Shown: positions 40,200 through 53,079 of the stretch, in pieces
How the letters are laid out: every line of letters starts with the position of its first letter
Numbering within the stretch: the first letter of the stretch is position 1
Assembly (NCBI RefSeq): GCF_018350175.1
Contig: NC_058369.1
Span: 18,044,001 to 18,108,000 of the forward strand
Origin: Felis catus
Taxonomy: Eukaryota
Direction: 5' to 3'
Length of the DNA: 64,000 nucleotides
Translations under genes and position numbers: made by a program
Notes under the pieces: model-generated
What the model was told of the DNA's origin: nothing
The model's input: the letters and a program-made list of their open reading frames with translations, nothing else
Databases searched by the model: none

Positions 40200-41675
40200 G
40201 GTATGACACTCAAAGCATAGCAACAAAAGAAAAAAAATAGACAAATTGAACTTTATCAGAATTTAAAACTTGTGTTCTTCAAGAATGTAAAAAGACAACT
40301 CACAAAATAGGGAAAAACATTTGCAAATTACATATTGGGTAAGACACTGGTATCTGAAATATGTAAAAAACTCGTACATCTCAACAACAAAGACAACCCA
40401 ATTTAAAAACGGACAAAGGAGCTGAATAGACATTTTTCCAAAGAAAATAGACAAATGGACAAGCACATAAAAGATGTTCAACATTTTTAGTCATTAGGGA
40501 AATGCAAATGAAAACCATAAGATACATTTCACACCCACTAGGATGACAATAATCAAAAAGACAAGAGTGGCAATGACATGGAGAAATTGAAATCCAAGTA
40601 CACTGGCAAGAAGGTAAAATGGTTAGGCCACTGTAGAAGAGAGTTTGGCATCTCCTCCAAAAGCTAAACACAGATTGTTATATGAGCCCACAATTCTACT
40701 CATGGGTATATACCCAAAAGAACTAAAAACAGGTACTCAAACAAGGAAATGCACAGGTATGCAATAGCAGCACTATTCACAATAGCCAAATGGTAGAAAA
40801 TGCCCAAATGTCCATCAACCAATTAACAGATAAACGAATTACAGTACATACACATAATGGAATACTATTCAGCAATAAAAAAGAATGAAGTATTGATTGA
40901 TACATGCTACAATACAGATGAACCTTGAAAACACAATGCCAAGAGGAAGGGGCAGACATAAAAGATCACATATTGTATGACTCCATTTATATGAAATGTC
41001 CAAAACAGGCAAACCTACAGAAACAGAATGCAGACTGGTGGCTGTCAGGGAAGGGAGGAGGCAGGAGGAGGAAATGGGTACAAACTGTTTAATGGAGGAT
41101 TATCACTTACTTGGGAGTGATAGAAATGTTTCAGAACAAGACAGAGGTGGTTATTATACAATATAGTTAAGTGTATTAAATGCTAATGAATTGTTCACTG
41201 TAAATTGATGAACTTTGGGGCATTTGGGTGGCTCAGGTGGTTAATCATCTGGCTCTTGATTTCAGCTCAGGTCATACATAATCTCCTAGCTCGTGAGAGT
41301 GAGCCCCGCATTGGGCTCTGTGCTGACAGCTCAGAGCCTACTTGGGATTCTCTCTCTCTCTCCTTTTCTGCCCCTCTCCTACTCGTTCTCTCTCTCTTTC
41401 AGAATAAATAAACATTTAAAAATAAATAAATAAGGGGGCCACCTGGATGACTCAGTCAGTTGAGTGTCTTGACTTCGGCTCAGGTCACGATCTTGCGGTT
41501 CTGAGTTCAAGCCCCATATCAGGCTCACTGCTGTTCGCCTGTCAGCACAGAGCCCACTTTGGATCCTCTGTCCCCCTCTCTCTGCCCCTCCCTGCTTGCG
41601 CTCCCCCAAAACTAAATAAATATTTAAAAAATAAATAAATGATGAATTTTATGTTACATGAATTTCACTCAAATT
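40200..41675 (+). mobile_element. L1MB-like 3' fragment
   Basis: ORF2 end and 3' UTR motifs (gaaatgcaaatgaaaacc; atgaaatgtccaaaacaggcaaacctacag). Confidence 0.8.
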
Positions 41676-42050
41676 ATTTTAATTATTTTTTTAATCTTTA
41701 TTTATTTTGAGAGAGAGACAGAGTGCGAGCAGGGGAGGAGCTGAGGGGAGGGAGACACAGAATCAGAAGCAGGCTCCAGGCCTTGAGCTGTCAGCGCAGA
41801 GCCCCACGCGAGGCTTGAACTCACGAACCATGAGGTCATGACCTGAGCCAAAGTCGGATACTCAACCCACTGAGCCACCCAGGAGCCCCTCAAATTATTT
41901 GTTTAAAAAGACAATATTGGGGCCCCTGGGTGGCTCAGTTTGTGAGTTCCAGCCCTGCATCAGGTTCTGTGCTGACAGCTCAGAGCCTGGAGCCTGCTTT
42001 GGATTCTGTGTCTCCCTTTCTCTCTGCCCTTCCCCCGCTCGTGCTCATTC

Positions 42051-42085
<35 letters not shown>

Positions 42086-42497
42086 TTCAAAAATAAACAT
42101 TTAAAAACTTATAAACAAATAAACAAACAAGCAAATAAATAAAAAGACAAGAGGATGTGGAGAAACTACATCCACATGAGGGTCTCATTCTCACCCTAAA
42201 TCTTGTCTTAAATCTTGGCATTTACCCATACTTTTTAAACACAGAATGTTAGGGGTGCCTGAGTGGCTCAGTCACTAAGCATCAACTTCGGCTTAGGTCA
42301 CGAGTCCCACATCGGGTGAACATGAGCCCCACTTTGGATGAGCACAGCCCCACTTCGGGTGATGAGCACAAAACATGAGCCCCAGGTGAGCCCTGCTTCT
42401 CTCTCTCTCTCCCTCTCTGCCCCTGGTGGGATTCTCCTTCTCTCCCTCTCTCACTTGTGCCCTCTCTCTCAAAAAACAAACAAAAAACCAGAATGTC

Positions 42498-43035
42498 TGT
42501 CAGAGGTCCCAGGATCAGTGTGGCTGAGGCAGCATGTTGATGAAGCAGGCTGAGGGCAAAACACAAGCTAGCACCATCCCCCCTCCCAGTGGGACAGGTG
42601 TCCTATACTTTGGACACTCCTGGCTACCCCAAAACAAGAAAGGACAAAAAACAAATGGTTAAACTGATAAGGGACTCCACCAGTTTACCCAAAAAAGGCA
42701 ATCCCATCAACAGCCTAAAGTCCAGGAACTCCCTACTGTCTTAATGTAATGCTTTGCTAGAGGGAAAAACAACCTTAACTTGACAATAGCTGAGCCTCCA
42801 GTAAGTTTTTAGCATGTGAAAGTCTCTTTGGAAACTCCCTCTTGACTTAATCTCCCCAGACTCCATAAAACAGTCACCACCACCCCCCACTTACAGTGCA
42901 GCTCTTTCTGCCCATGGTCCTGTCCCCATGCTTTAATAAGATTACCTTTTTGCACCAAAGACGTCTTCAAAAATTCTATCTTGGCAGTCTGCTCCAGACC
43001 CCATGAACCCCTTCATCACCTCCAAAACTTCATCA
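42498..43035 (+). mobile_element. Solo ERV LTR (probably carnivore ERV1-like)
   Basis: TG...CA termini, poly(A)-signal-like tttaataag before a U5-like segment, imperfect 5-bp TSD atgtc/ctgtc. Confidence 0.6.
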
Positions 43036-43532
43036 CTGTCACAGCCTTATTCTCTTCAAACTGGATAGGACAGCCTCATCCACTCCCATATCACACTGAT
43101 GGCTCCTCACACCTCTCATCTAGCCTTGACCTGTCTTCCAGTTCCAGGCCTGTGATTACCATCCTGCTGGCTATTTCTTTTCTTTTTTTTTTTTTTAAGT
43201 TTATTCATTTATTTTAAGAGAGAGCACGAGTGGGGTAGGGGCAGAGAGAGAGGGAGAGAATTCCAAGCAGGCTCCACACTGTCAATGAAGAGCCTGATGG
43301 ACACTCCAACTCACAAACTGAAGATCATGATCTGAGCCAAGATCAAGAGTCGATGCTCAATTGACTGAGCCACCCAGGAACTCAGGCCTGCTGGCTATTT
43401 CTACCAGGCCATCCTGCAAGCCTTTCAAATTCATGCAGTAGGTCCAACTCTGTCTTCCCCTTGAGAGGAAAGGAAGGAAGAGGAGAGGAGAGAGAAGAGG
43501 GGAGGGAGAAAGATTAATTTTGAAATTTCCCA

Positions 43533-44215
43533 GTGTGATACTGTGATATAATAATATTTACTTGGTCTTTGGCCCTGGTTCCTTGCACAGAGCCCCTAAA
43601 ACCCTTGGAATTTCCTAAGTGATTGAGAGGAATGTCTTTGGTTATTCATAATAAGGCCCTTTCAACCACACCTAAGCTTATGCTAATGAGATGACTAGTT
43701 ACTAGAGGAACCAACCAGGTGATTGGAACTTTCAGTCCCTAGACCAAGAGGGAGGGAAGAAGGGCTTTGAATTGAGCTCATCACCAATGACCAACGATTT
43801 AATCAACCATGCCTACATAACAGAACTTCCAGAAAACCTAAATAAATGGGTTCAGAGCTTCCAGGTTGAACACACTGAGGTGCTGGAAGGGTGGTATGCT
43901 CAGAGAGGGCACAGAAGCTCTGTGCCCCTTCCCATATACCTTGCCTTATGTATCTCTTCCATTTGGTTGTTCCTGACTTGTATCCTTTATAATAAACTGG
44001 TAACAGTAAGTAAAGCATTTTCCTAAGTTGTGTGAGCCATTCTAGCAAATTATCAAACTCCAGGAGGGGGTCATGGAAACCCCCAAATTTATGGATGGTC
44101 TGTTAGAAGTATAGGAGGCCAGGACTTGTGATTAGCATCTGAAGTATGGGGGCCATCTTGTGGGACTGAGCCTTTAACTTGTGAGGTCTGCACTAACTCC
44201 AGGTAGTGTCAGAAG
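43533..44215 (+). mobile_element. MER21C-like LTR
   Basis: Begins tgtgatactgtgatat...ggtctttggccctggttccttgcacagagcccctaaaacccttggaatttcc, matching the remembered MER21C consensus; internal AATAAA. Confidence 0.75.
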
Positions 44216-44864
44216 TGCTATAAGAACAGAAACAACAGCTTTTCTTTATCTAGTATCTTTATTAACAGCACCATCCCTCTGGTATTCCAAAGTAATACTA
44301 GGTTCACCCCAGATATGGTGTGAGGAGGAGTAAATCTTGACTCTCCTCTCTCTCTCACCTTCCAAAAGCTATGAGTCAGGGCACCTGGCTGGCTCAGTCA
44401 GTAGAGCATGTGACCCTTGATCTTGGGGTCCTGAGTTTGAGATCCACACTGGGGGTAGAGATTACTTAAAAAAAACTAAAACAAAAGCAAGGAGTAATTC
44501 TTACCAATTCAGTTAAAGTAAGTATCTGAAGTATACAGCCCTACATGAAACATGAGCAAACATTAGATGAAGATGAACATTCAACCTTCCTACAATGAGT
44601 AAAACTGAAATTAAAACATTGAGAAAAAATTTCTCCAAATTAGTACTTTTTAAAGAATTTTAATACCTTGTGCTATCAATGGCACAGCAAATTTGGTATT
44701 CACATGTTGCTGATGACTGTGTATACTGATTGGAACAATCCTTCTGAAAAGCATAAGACTATACTTATTAAATGACCAAAAAAAGTACATTTTGACCTAA
44801 TAATTATATTTCTATCAATCTATTCTAGGGGAATAAGCCAAAAATTTTAAAAAGGCTTATGCAA

Positions 44865-45369
44865 TCTTTGAGGAAGACATGGTCACAGCTGCAGTGGAGC
44901 TTGGGGTGCTGGCTCCTGCTCTTGACTCACTGCTGTTGGCTCTCCCAGAGGAACAATTCTGTCAGGAAGCTGAGCTGCAGCTCTGGCTCTTAAATATAAC
45001 AGAATAATCACCCCGGGAACCAGAGGTAGTGATTCACCAAACTACAGTTACCCTAACCAGCCACAATATAAAACCTCTGAGAAGGTTATGTGCTGACTTG
45101 AAGCAAAAGAAAAGAACCTCAAAATGGATGGAACAGTTCAGATGCCTAACAAGACTCTGAGAATCACTACTTAGAAAACTCCTTGTGGTGATGGTAGTAA
45201 GACTTGGGATCTTTTTCAGATGAGGATCCACAAGCAACTCACTGACCTGCACAGTCCTTCTGAGATTGTTAAACAGATTACTTCCATCTGAGCCAGGAAC
45301 TGAGGATGAAGTCATCAATGCCAATGCTTAAATTCATTACTTTAATAAATTATCAAAACCCATATACAT
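44865..45369 (+). pseudogene. RPS20: RPS20 processed pseudogene
   Basis: Intronless copy of RPS20 mRNA: 5' UTR ctttgaggaagac..., ATG mutated to CTG (44983), decayed CDS with indels (..atgcctaacaagactctgagaatcactac.., ..cacagtccttctgagattgttaaacagattacttcc..), TAA 45329-45331, AATAAA 45344-45349. Degenerate TSD aaaaaggcttatgcaa / aaaaagttcatgcaa. Confidence 0.92.
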
Positions 45370-48300
45370 AAAAAAGTTCATGCAAGCAAACATCTGGAGG
45401 CAACCTAAAAGGAGAATAATTAAGTAGAGTATAATATATTCACTTAATTTACAAAATGCAGCAAGAAATCATTATGACAACAAAATACCAGCAAACTACA
45501 TCCAGCAGTATATCAAAAGGATTATACCTTAAAATGTGACCCAGTGGGATTTACCCCAAAAATGCAAGGGTGGTTCAACATACAAAAATCAATCAGTGTA
45601 GTATACAACATTAAAAGATGAAAGGAAAAAGCTACATCATCTCAACTGAAGCACAAAAAACATCTAACAAAATTTAATACCCTTTCATGATAAAATCACT
45701 CAACAACCAGGAATTAAAGGGAATTTCCTCAACATGGTGAACAGCATTTATTAAAAACAAAAACAAACAAACAAAAAAACACAACTAACATCTTACTCAA
45801 TGGTAAAAGACTGAAAAATTTCCCGCTAGATCAGGAAGAAGACAAGGATGCCTTGTCAATTCATGTCTATTCAGCATAGTACTGAAAGTCCTAGCCAGAG
45901 CAATTAGGCAAGAAAAATAAATAAAAGGCAATCAAAATGAAAGGGAACAAACAAAACTATTCACTGATTACATGACCTTATATACAGAAAACTCTAAAAA
46001 ATCCACAGGTTTCAGGGTACAAAACAACACACAAAAAAAACAGCTGTAGCTGTATATACTAACAATCAACATTCTGATGATTAAATAAAAAAACAGGCCT
46101 CTTTTTTAAAAACGTTTATTTATTTTGCAAAAGGGGGTGGGGAGGGGCAGAGAGAGAGAGAGAGGGAGACAGAGAATCCCAAGTAGGCTCCATGCTCAGC
46201 ATGGAATCCAACATAGGGCTCAATCCCATGACCTTGGGATCATAACCTGAGCTAGAATCAAGAGCCAGATGCTTAACTGAACTTAGCCACCAGGTGCCCC
46301 AGAAAACAGGCTTGTTGGCAGAAATGGAAAAACTGATCACAAAATTCATATTGAATTGCCAGGAGCCTCAAAAACCTAAAATAATCTTTTTTTTTTTCTT
46401 TTAAGTAGGTTCCCACCCACCATGGAGACCAACATGAGACTTTAACTCACAACTCGGAGACCAACACCTGAGCTAACATCAAGAGTTGGCACCAACTGAG
46501 CCACCCAGGTGCTCCCCCAAAACACTTTTACTTATTATTATTTTTTAATGTTTATTTATTTTTTGAGAGAAAGAGGGAGACAGAGCATGAGCGGGGGAGG
46601 GTCAGAGAGCGAGGGAGACACAGAATCTGAAGCAGGCTCCAGGCTCTGAGCTGTCAGCACAGAGCCTGACATGGGACTTGAACTCACGGACCATGAGATC
46701 ATGACATGAGCCAAAGTCGGATTTAGCTTAACCAACTGAGCCACCCAGAAGCCTCGTCAAAAACAACCTTTAAAAAGAAGAACAAAATAGTGGTGTTGGT
46801 TGCACAAAATAATGAATGTATTCAATGCCCCTGAATTTTATACTTTAAAATGGTAAAATAATAAATTTTATGTATAGTCTATCACAATAAAAAAATTCAT
46901 TATGACAACACAGTAGAGAAATTTTTAAATGCCTATAACCTTTTCTATTAAAAATAAAGAATAAGACAAGAAAGGGGTGCCTAGGTGGCTCAGTCAGTTA
47001 GGTGTCCTACTTTGGCTCAGGTCATGATCTCATGGTTTGTGAGTTTGGGCCCCTCATCAGGCTCTGTGCTTACAGTTCAGAGCCTGGAGTGTGCTTTGGA
47101 TTCCATGTTGCCCCTCTCTCTGTCCCTGTCCCCTCCACCCCCCCACCTTCCACCCCCCACTCCCCCCCACCCCCCGCTCAAAAAAAAAAAAGCATAAATA
47201 GGTATGTGTATGAGCAGAAAAGTTTTGATTTTGAAGATCCAGGTTCAAGGCAGTAAAAATGCTCAGGAAAAGAATTGTTCACTGAGGCAAAAAAGTTAAA
47301 CTAAATTCTGGAGATCATAAGCCATCATTTAGAGGGCAGAGAGGCCAAGTGGTGGACGGAGAGCCGGGTGAATGAAGACACAGCTGCCAAGAGGAAGAGA
47401 ATTTCAAGAGAGGGTGGTTCAACAGTGTCAAAATCCTGCTGAGAGATCCAGATATGTGAACTGCGGGAATATCATTATTAAGCAATTCCAAAAAAGTTCT
47501 GCTAATGTTGTTTGGACCAACTCCTATGTTATGTGGTCTATGCTGTACAGTAAAAATGCTGGGGAAAAATCCTAAAAAATCCACTAAAAAAACTACTAGA
47601 ACTAGAAAACAAGCCCAGCAAGGTTGCAAGAAACAAGGTCACTATTTTTAAAAATTAACTATTTGTACACACTTGCAATGAGCAATGTGAAAATGAAATT
47701 TAGAAAACAATTCCATTTACAATAACATCAAAAGGAACGAATTACTTAGGAATAAATTTAACAAAAGAAGTGCAAAACCTATACTCTGAAAACTACAAAA
47801 CATTGTTATCTTTAAAAATTAAAGAGGGTCTAAACAAATGGAAAGACATCCCATATTCATAGATTTAGATGACCTAATAATGTTAAGATGGCAATACTTT
47901 CCAAATTAATCTACAAATTCAATGCAATCTCTATCAAAATCCCAGTTGCTTTCCTTACAGAAATTGACAGGCTAATTCTAAAATTCATATAGAAATTCAA
48001 GGAACTACAAAAGCCAAAACAATTTTGAAAAAGAGCAGAGTTGGAGAACTAACACTTGCTGATTCCAAAATTACTACAAATCTTACCAATCAGTGTAGTA
48101 GTGGGATATGACAGATACACAGATCAGTAGAACAGAATGGAGTTAGAAACAATGACATACCACAGTCAATTGACTTTCAACAAAAGTACGAAGACAATTA
48201 AATGGGGGGAAAACCATCTTTTAATGAATGGTGTTGGAACACCTGGATAACCACATGCAAAAGAATGAAGTACCTGACACTGTCCACAAAAAATTACTCA

Positions 48301-48470
48301 AAATGTACCAATACCTAAATGTAAGAGCTAAAACTATAAAACTCTTAAAAGAAAACAGAGGTTAATTTTCATGATCTTGCTTTTGGTCATGGTTTCTTAA
48401 ATATGACACCTAAATCACAAACAAAAAAGAAAATGATACATTAGACTTCATCAAAATAAAAAACTTTTCT

Positions 48471-48692
48471 GGGGCGCCTGGGTGGCGCGGTCGGTTAAGC
48501 GTCCGACTTCAGCCAGGTCACAATCTCGCGGTCCGTGAGTTCAAGCCCCGCATCGGGCTCTGGGCTGATGGCTCAGAGCCTGGAGCCTGTTTCTGATTCT
48601 GTGTCTCCCTCTCTCTCTGCCCCTTGCCCGTTCATGCTCTGTCTCTCTCTGTCCCAAAAATAAATAAACGTTGAAAAAAAAAAATTAAAAAA
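48471..48692 (+). mobile_element. Young feline Can-SINE inserted in L1 ORF2
   Basis: TSD aaaaaacttttctg. Confidence 0.92.
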
Positions 48693-49620
48693 AAAAAACT
48701 TTTCTGCTTCAAAACAATATCAAAAATTGAAAAAACATCTCACTAAATGAGAGAAAATAATTGTAAGTCGTACATCTGATAAAGGACTTGTTTACAATAC
48801 ATAAAGACCTCTCACAACTCAAAAATTAAAAAAAAAACCCAATTAAAAAATGGACAAAGGACCTGAATAGACATTTCTCAAAAAAAAGATACACAAATGA
48901 CCAAGAACCATTTGAAAAGATGCTCAACATCACTTGAGGAACTGCAAAGCAAAACTACAATGAGGTACTACTTTCCATCCATGTGGATGGCTGTTATAAA
49001 GAAGACTGTAGGGGCACCTGGGTGGCTCAGTCAGTTAGGCCTGACTTCGGCTCAGGTCATGATCTCACAGTTCGTGGGTTCGAGCCCCATGTCAGGCTCC
49101 ATGCAGACAGCTCAGAGCCTGAAGCCTGCTTTGGATTCTGTGTCTCCCTCTCTCTCTGACCCTCCCCTGCTCACACTCTGTCTCTGAAAAGTAAATAAAC
49201 ACACAAAAAATTTTTTTTAATTATAAAGAAGACTGTAAGTGTTAACAAGGACATGAAGGAATTAGAACCCTTAATACACTGCTGGTTAGAATGTAAAATG
49301 GTGCAGCCACTTTGGAAAACAATCTGGCAGTTCCTCAAAAGGTTAAACAAAGAGTTACCATATGATCAAACAATTCTACTCCAAGGTATACACCTCAAAG
49401 AGAAAAACATGCGTCCACACGAAAACTTGTACACATGAAATATTCATAGCAACATTATTCATAAAAGCTAAAAAGTGAAAACAACCTAAATGCCCATCAA
49501 CTGATGGATAAAATAATGTGGTATATCCATACAATAGAACATTCAGTAATAAAAAGGAGTGACACATTAATTTATGCAACAACACTGATGAACTTTAAAA
49601 ACACTATGCCATGTGAAAGA

Positions 49621-49980
49621 AGTTTTAGAACAGTTTTTGTCACCCCAAAAAGAACCCCATACTCTTTAGCCATCAACTGCCAACACCTCCATTCCCCTCT
49701 CATCTGCTTTCTGTCTCTATAGATTTGCCTATCCTGGACATTTCATATGAATGGCAAAAGACCATATACTGCACGATTTCATTAATGGCAAAAGACCATA
49801 TACTGCACGATTTCATTAATGGCAAAAGACCATATACTGCACGATTCCATTAATATGAAATGTCCAGGATAGGCAAATCTATAGAGACAGAAAGCAGATG
49901 AGAGGGGAATGGAGGTGTTGGCAGTTGATGGCTAAAGAGTATGGGGTTCTTTTTGGGGTGACAAAAACTGTTCTAAAACT
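49621..49980. repeat. Perfect 128-bp inverted repeat with an internal 3 x 34-bp tandem repeat
   Basis: 49621-49748 is the exact reverse complement of 49853-49980. The spacer holds AATGGCAAAAGACCATATACTGCACGATTTCATT at 49750, 49784 and 49818 (last copy has 1 mismatch). Confidence 0.97.
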
Positions 49981-50149
49981 GTGGTGATGGTTGCACATAT
50001 CTCTGAATATAATAAAACCACTGAACTATACACTTTAAATGGGTGAATTATATAGTATGTGAATTATATTCCACAAAGCTGTTACCAAATATATATATAT
50101 CACATAAATATACTACTAATATAATATGATATAATACAATATAATATTA

Positions 50150-50183
50150 ATGTGTGTGTGTGTATATATATGTGTATGTATGT

Positions 50184-50237
<54 letters not shown>
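50150..50237. repeat. (TG)n/(TA)n microsatellite
   Basis: Direct reading; pure (TA)n at ~50193-50237. Confidence 0.95.
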
Positions 50238-50239
<2 letters not shown>

Positions 50240-51074
50240 TGGGAGACCCACAGGTGTATGTTTTATGATAATTATAGAAGTGAACCAAGTCTGGATACCA
50301 ATTATTGTCCTCATGAGGATGCAGTTACAGAAACATATTAATAAATCTAAACTCTTGGGGCACCTGGCGGGCTCAGTCGATTAAACATCCAACTCTTGGT
50401 TTCTGTTCAGGTCATGATCTCACAGTTTTGTGGGTTCAGGCCCCACATCAGGCTCTGCGCTGGTAGCACTGGAGCCTGCTTGGGATTCTCTCTCCTTCTT
50501 TCTCTGCCCCTCCCCCAGGCGCGCACATGCATGCGCTTGCTCTGTCTCTCTCTCTCTCTCAATATAAATAAATAAATTTTAAAAAAATTAAAAAATAAAT
50601 CCGAACTCTTCAGGTTTTCCCAAGAGTTAAATATTCATTATAATACTTCATACTTAATGTGTTATTTGATATCAAAACTGTTATTAAAAGAGTGTTTCAA
50701 ATAGCATATAATTTTTATAAACTGAATTGGTGGTTAGCCATACTAAACAAAATCTCTTTGTTATATACATATCTAACACTACATATCCTATTTCTTATTT
50801 TAAGTATTATAGGCTTATTGCCCTAATGTTCCTAATCACTGGATATGTATTTCTTTTCTTGTCTTTTTAAAAATTGTGGTAGGGGCACCTGGGTGGCTCA
50901 GTCGGTTAAGCATCTGGCTCTTGATTTTGGTTCAAGTCATGAGCTCACAGTTGGTGAGACAGAGCCCCAAGTAGGGCTCTGCACTGACAGTGCGGAGCCT
51001 GCTCAGGATTCTCTCTCTCCCTCTCTCTCTCTGCCCCTCCCCTGCTAGCTCACTCTCTCTCAAAATAAACATTT

Positions 51075-51810
51075 AAAAAATTGTGGTAAAATATACATAG
51101 CATAAAATTTACCATTTTACACATTTAAGTGTACAACTCACAGCATTAAGTACATTCACAGTGTTGTGCAACCATCACCCCTATCCAATTTCAGAACTTT
51201 ATCATCCCGAACAGAAACTCAACACCCATTAAACAATAACACCCCATTACCAGCAACCTCCAGCTGCCAGTTAACCTGTATTCTACTTTATATCTCTCTG
51301 AATTTACTTATTTTAGGTACCTCATATAAGTGGAATCATAAAATATTTGTCTTTTTGTGTCTGGCATATTGCAATAGCATAATGTTTCCAAGGTTCATCC
51401 ATGTTGTAGCATGTATCAGAATTTCATTCTTATTAAAGGATGAATAGTATTTCATTGTATGTATATACCACAATTTACTTATCCATTCATCTTCTAATAG
51501 GACAGGGGTTGTTTCTACCTTTTGGATATTGTGAATAATGCTGCAGTGAACACTGGCATGTAACTATATGTTTGGCTCCCTGCTTTCAATTTCCTGGGAT
51601 ATATACAGAGCAGTGAAATTGCTCGATCATACGGTAATTCTATGTTTAACTTTTTGAGGAACCACCAAACTGTTTTCCACAACAGCCAGACCATTTTACA
51701 TTCCCACCAGTAATGAACAAGGGCTCCCACTTCTCTACATTCTCATCAACACTTGCTATTTTTTTTCATAATACCCATCCTCATGGGTGTGAAGTGGTAT
51801 CTCATTGTGT
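51075..51810 (-). mobile_element. L1MB-like 3' fragment
   Basis: Minus-strand ORF2 end (ECKMVWLLWKTVWWFLKKLNIELPYD) plus 3' UTR. Confidence 0.85.
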
Positions 51811-53079
51811 GCAATGTATTTTTAGTCTATTATCTGTAAATAAAAGTTCACCTTGTGTTGATTTCTATAATTATACGTAGCACAGCCACTCTAGAAATAT
51901 AAATAACAAATATTTACATGTTAGTAAAATAAAGCACAGAGTCACAAAGATTTAAGTCAACTCAATTTTTAAAAAGATATCAAAGATGACAAAGATAACA
52001 CAAAACTTGTAAACTGTTTCACTCATCTGGGACTAATTTCTAAAATACTAACGTGTATACATAAAAATTTCACAAAGCAGGTTACAGCTTTGTGATTTAT
52101 ATATGTGTCAATGAAACAAACATAGCAGACACTCCTGAAATAAAACTTTTAAAGACACATTTATCCCTGGGAGATCATTGTCACTGTCCCCATTTTAAAG
52201 TGAATCTGAAATCAAACAGGTCTGACCACTTCTCTTAGACCACAAAGCGAATCTGTGCAGGAGACTTGGAAAATAACAACTTGATTTTGAAACTTTAGGC
52301 AAAAACCTCATAATTTAATATGCAATGTCAAAGAAACACAGAAGAACCATTTCTACTCTTAATGGTGAATAAACTATGGGAAGTTGTCCACAACACTGAA
52401 GCTTACGACCTCCAACAGCAATGACCGATAATTAACTCCTTGTTAGTGTGACCTGAATGTGGATTCAACTCAGAACTAGTTTTGTTTTGTTTTGTTTTTT
52501 TCCAGTATGCTCTAATAACACTAAAGTCTCTAGCTTGGTCTCTGTTTTCATTGTTTTGTTAAATTTTGGCGGTTCAAAACTAGGATTATTCTACTGTTAA
52601 ACTGACCAAGCTTAGGTTAAAGCAACCACGGAAAATGGAATTGCTTTTTGACAGCCTTGCTTAAACCAGATATAGAAAAGAGTTGTCTTTTTTCCTACAC
52701 CCTATATGCTAAACAAGATAATTATCGTTTACCCTCACCAAATGTGATCCAATCGTTTTACTCAAGTTTAAATATATACTACATATATTTTAATAAATAT
52801 TTTCAGAAATTTTAAGAAATACTAAGAATATTTTAAGAAATGCATGTCCAGTTATGCAGAGGCGACATGACCCGACTGGTATTTGCTTGAAAATACTTCA
52901 GCAAAGAAAAAAAAAAAAAAAAAAGTAGAAATGAAACATTTGTGACAGATATTTAAACTGTTGAATGTGGATAGTGGCATACAGGGGTTCATTTCACCCT
53001 TTATCTGTCTACTTTTGTCTATGCTTAGTTTTCACCGTAACTTTTCACAAAACAAATGATTTCCAAAGTTACCATCCCG

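Larger units (their letters stand above)
45480..50090 (+). mobile_element. Old L1 ORF2/3' UTR fragments (~45480-46900 and ~47555-50090) with SINE insertions
   Basis: ORF2 motifs (KMVQPLWKTIWQFLKRLNKELPYD) and 3' UTR; hosts the inverted repeat. Confidence 0.8.

Noticed and set aside
45034..45324. 96-aa minus-strand ORF
   Set aside because: It is the antisense frame of the RPS20 pseudogene.
49750..49851. 3 x 34-bp direct repeats superficially like a CRISPR array
   Set aside because: No spacers, eukaryotic context, and the unit derives from L1 3' UTR.
50100..50384. YIYIYI ORFs
   Set aside because: Translations of the (TA)n microsatellite.
129..51048. Dozens of 60-130 aa ORFs of the MAQSVKRPTSAQVMISR... 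/ GAPGWLSRLS... type
   Set aside because: They are translations of Can-SINE copies, not a gene family.
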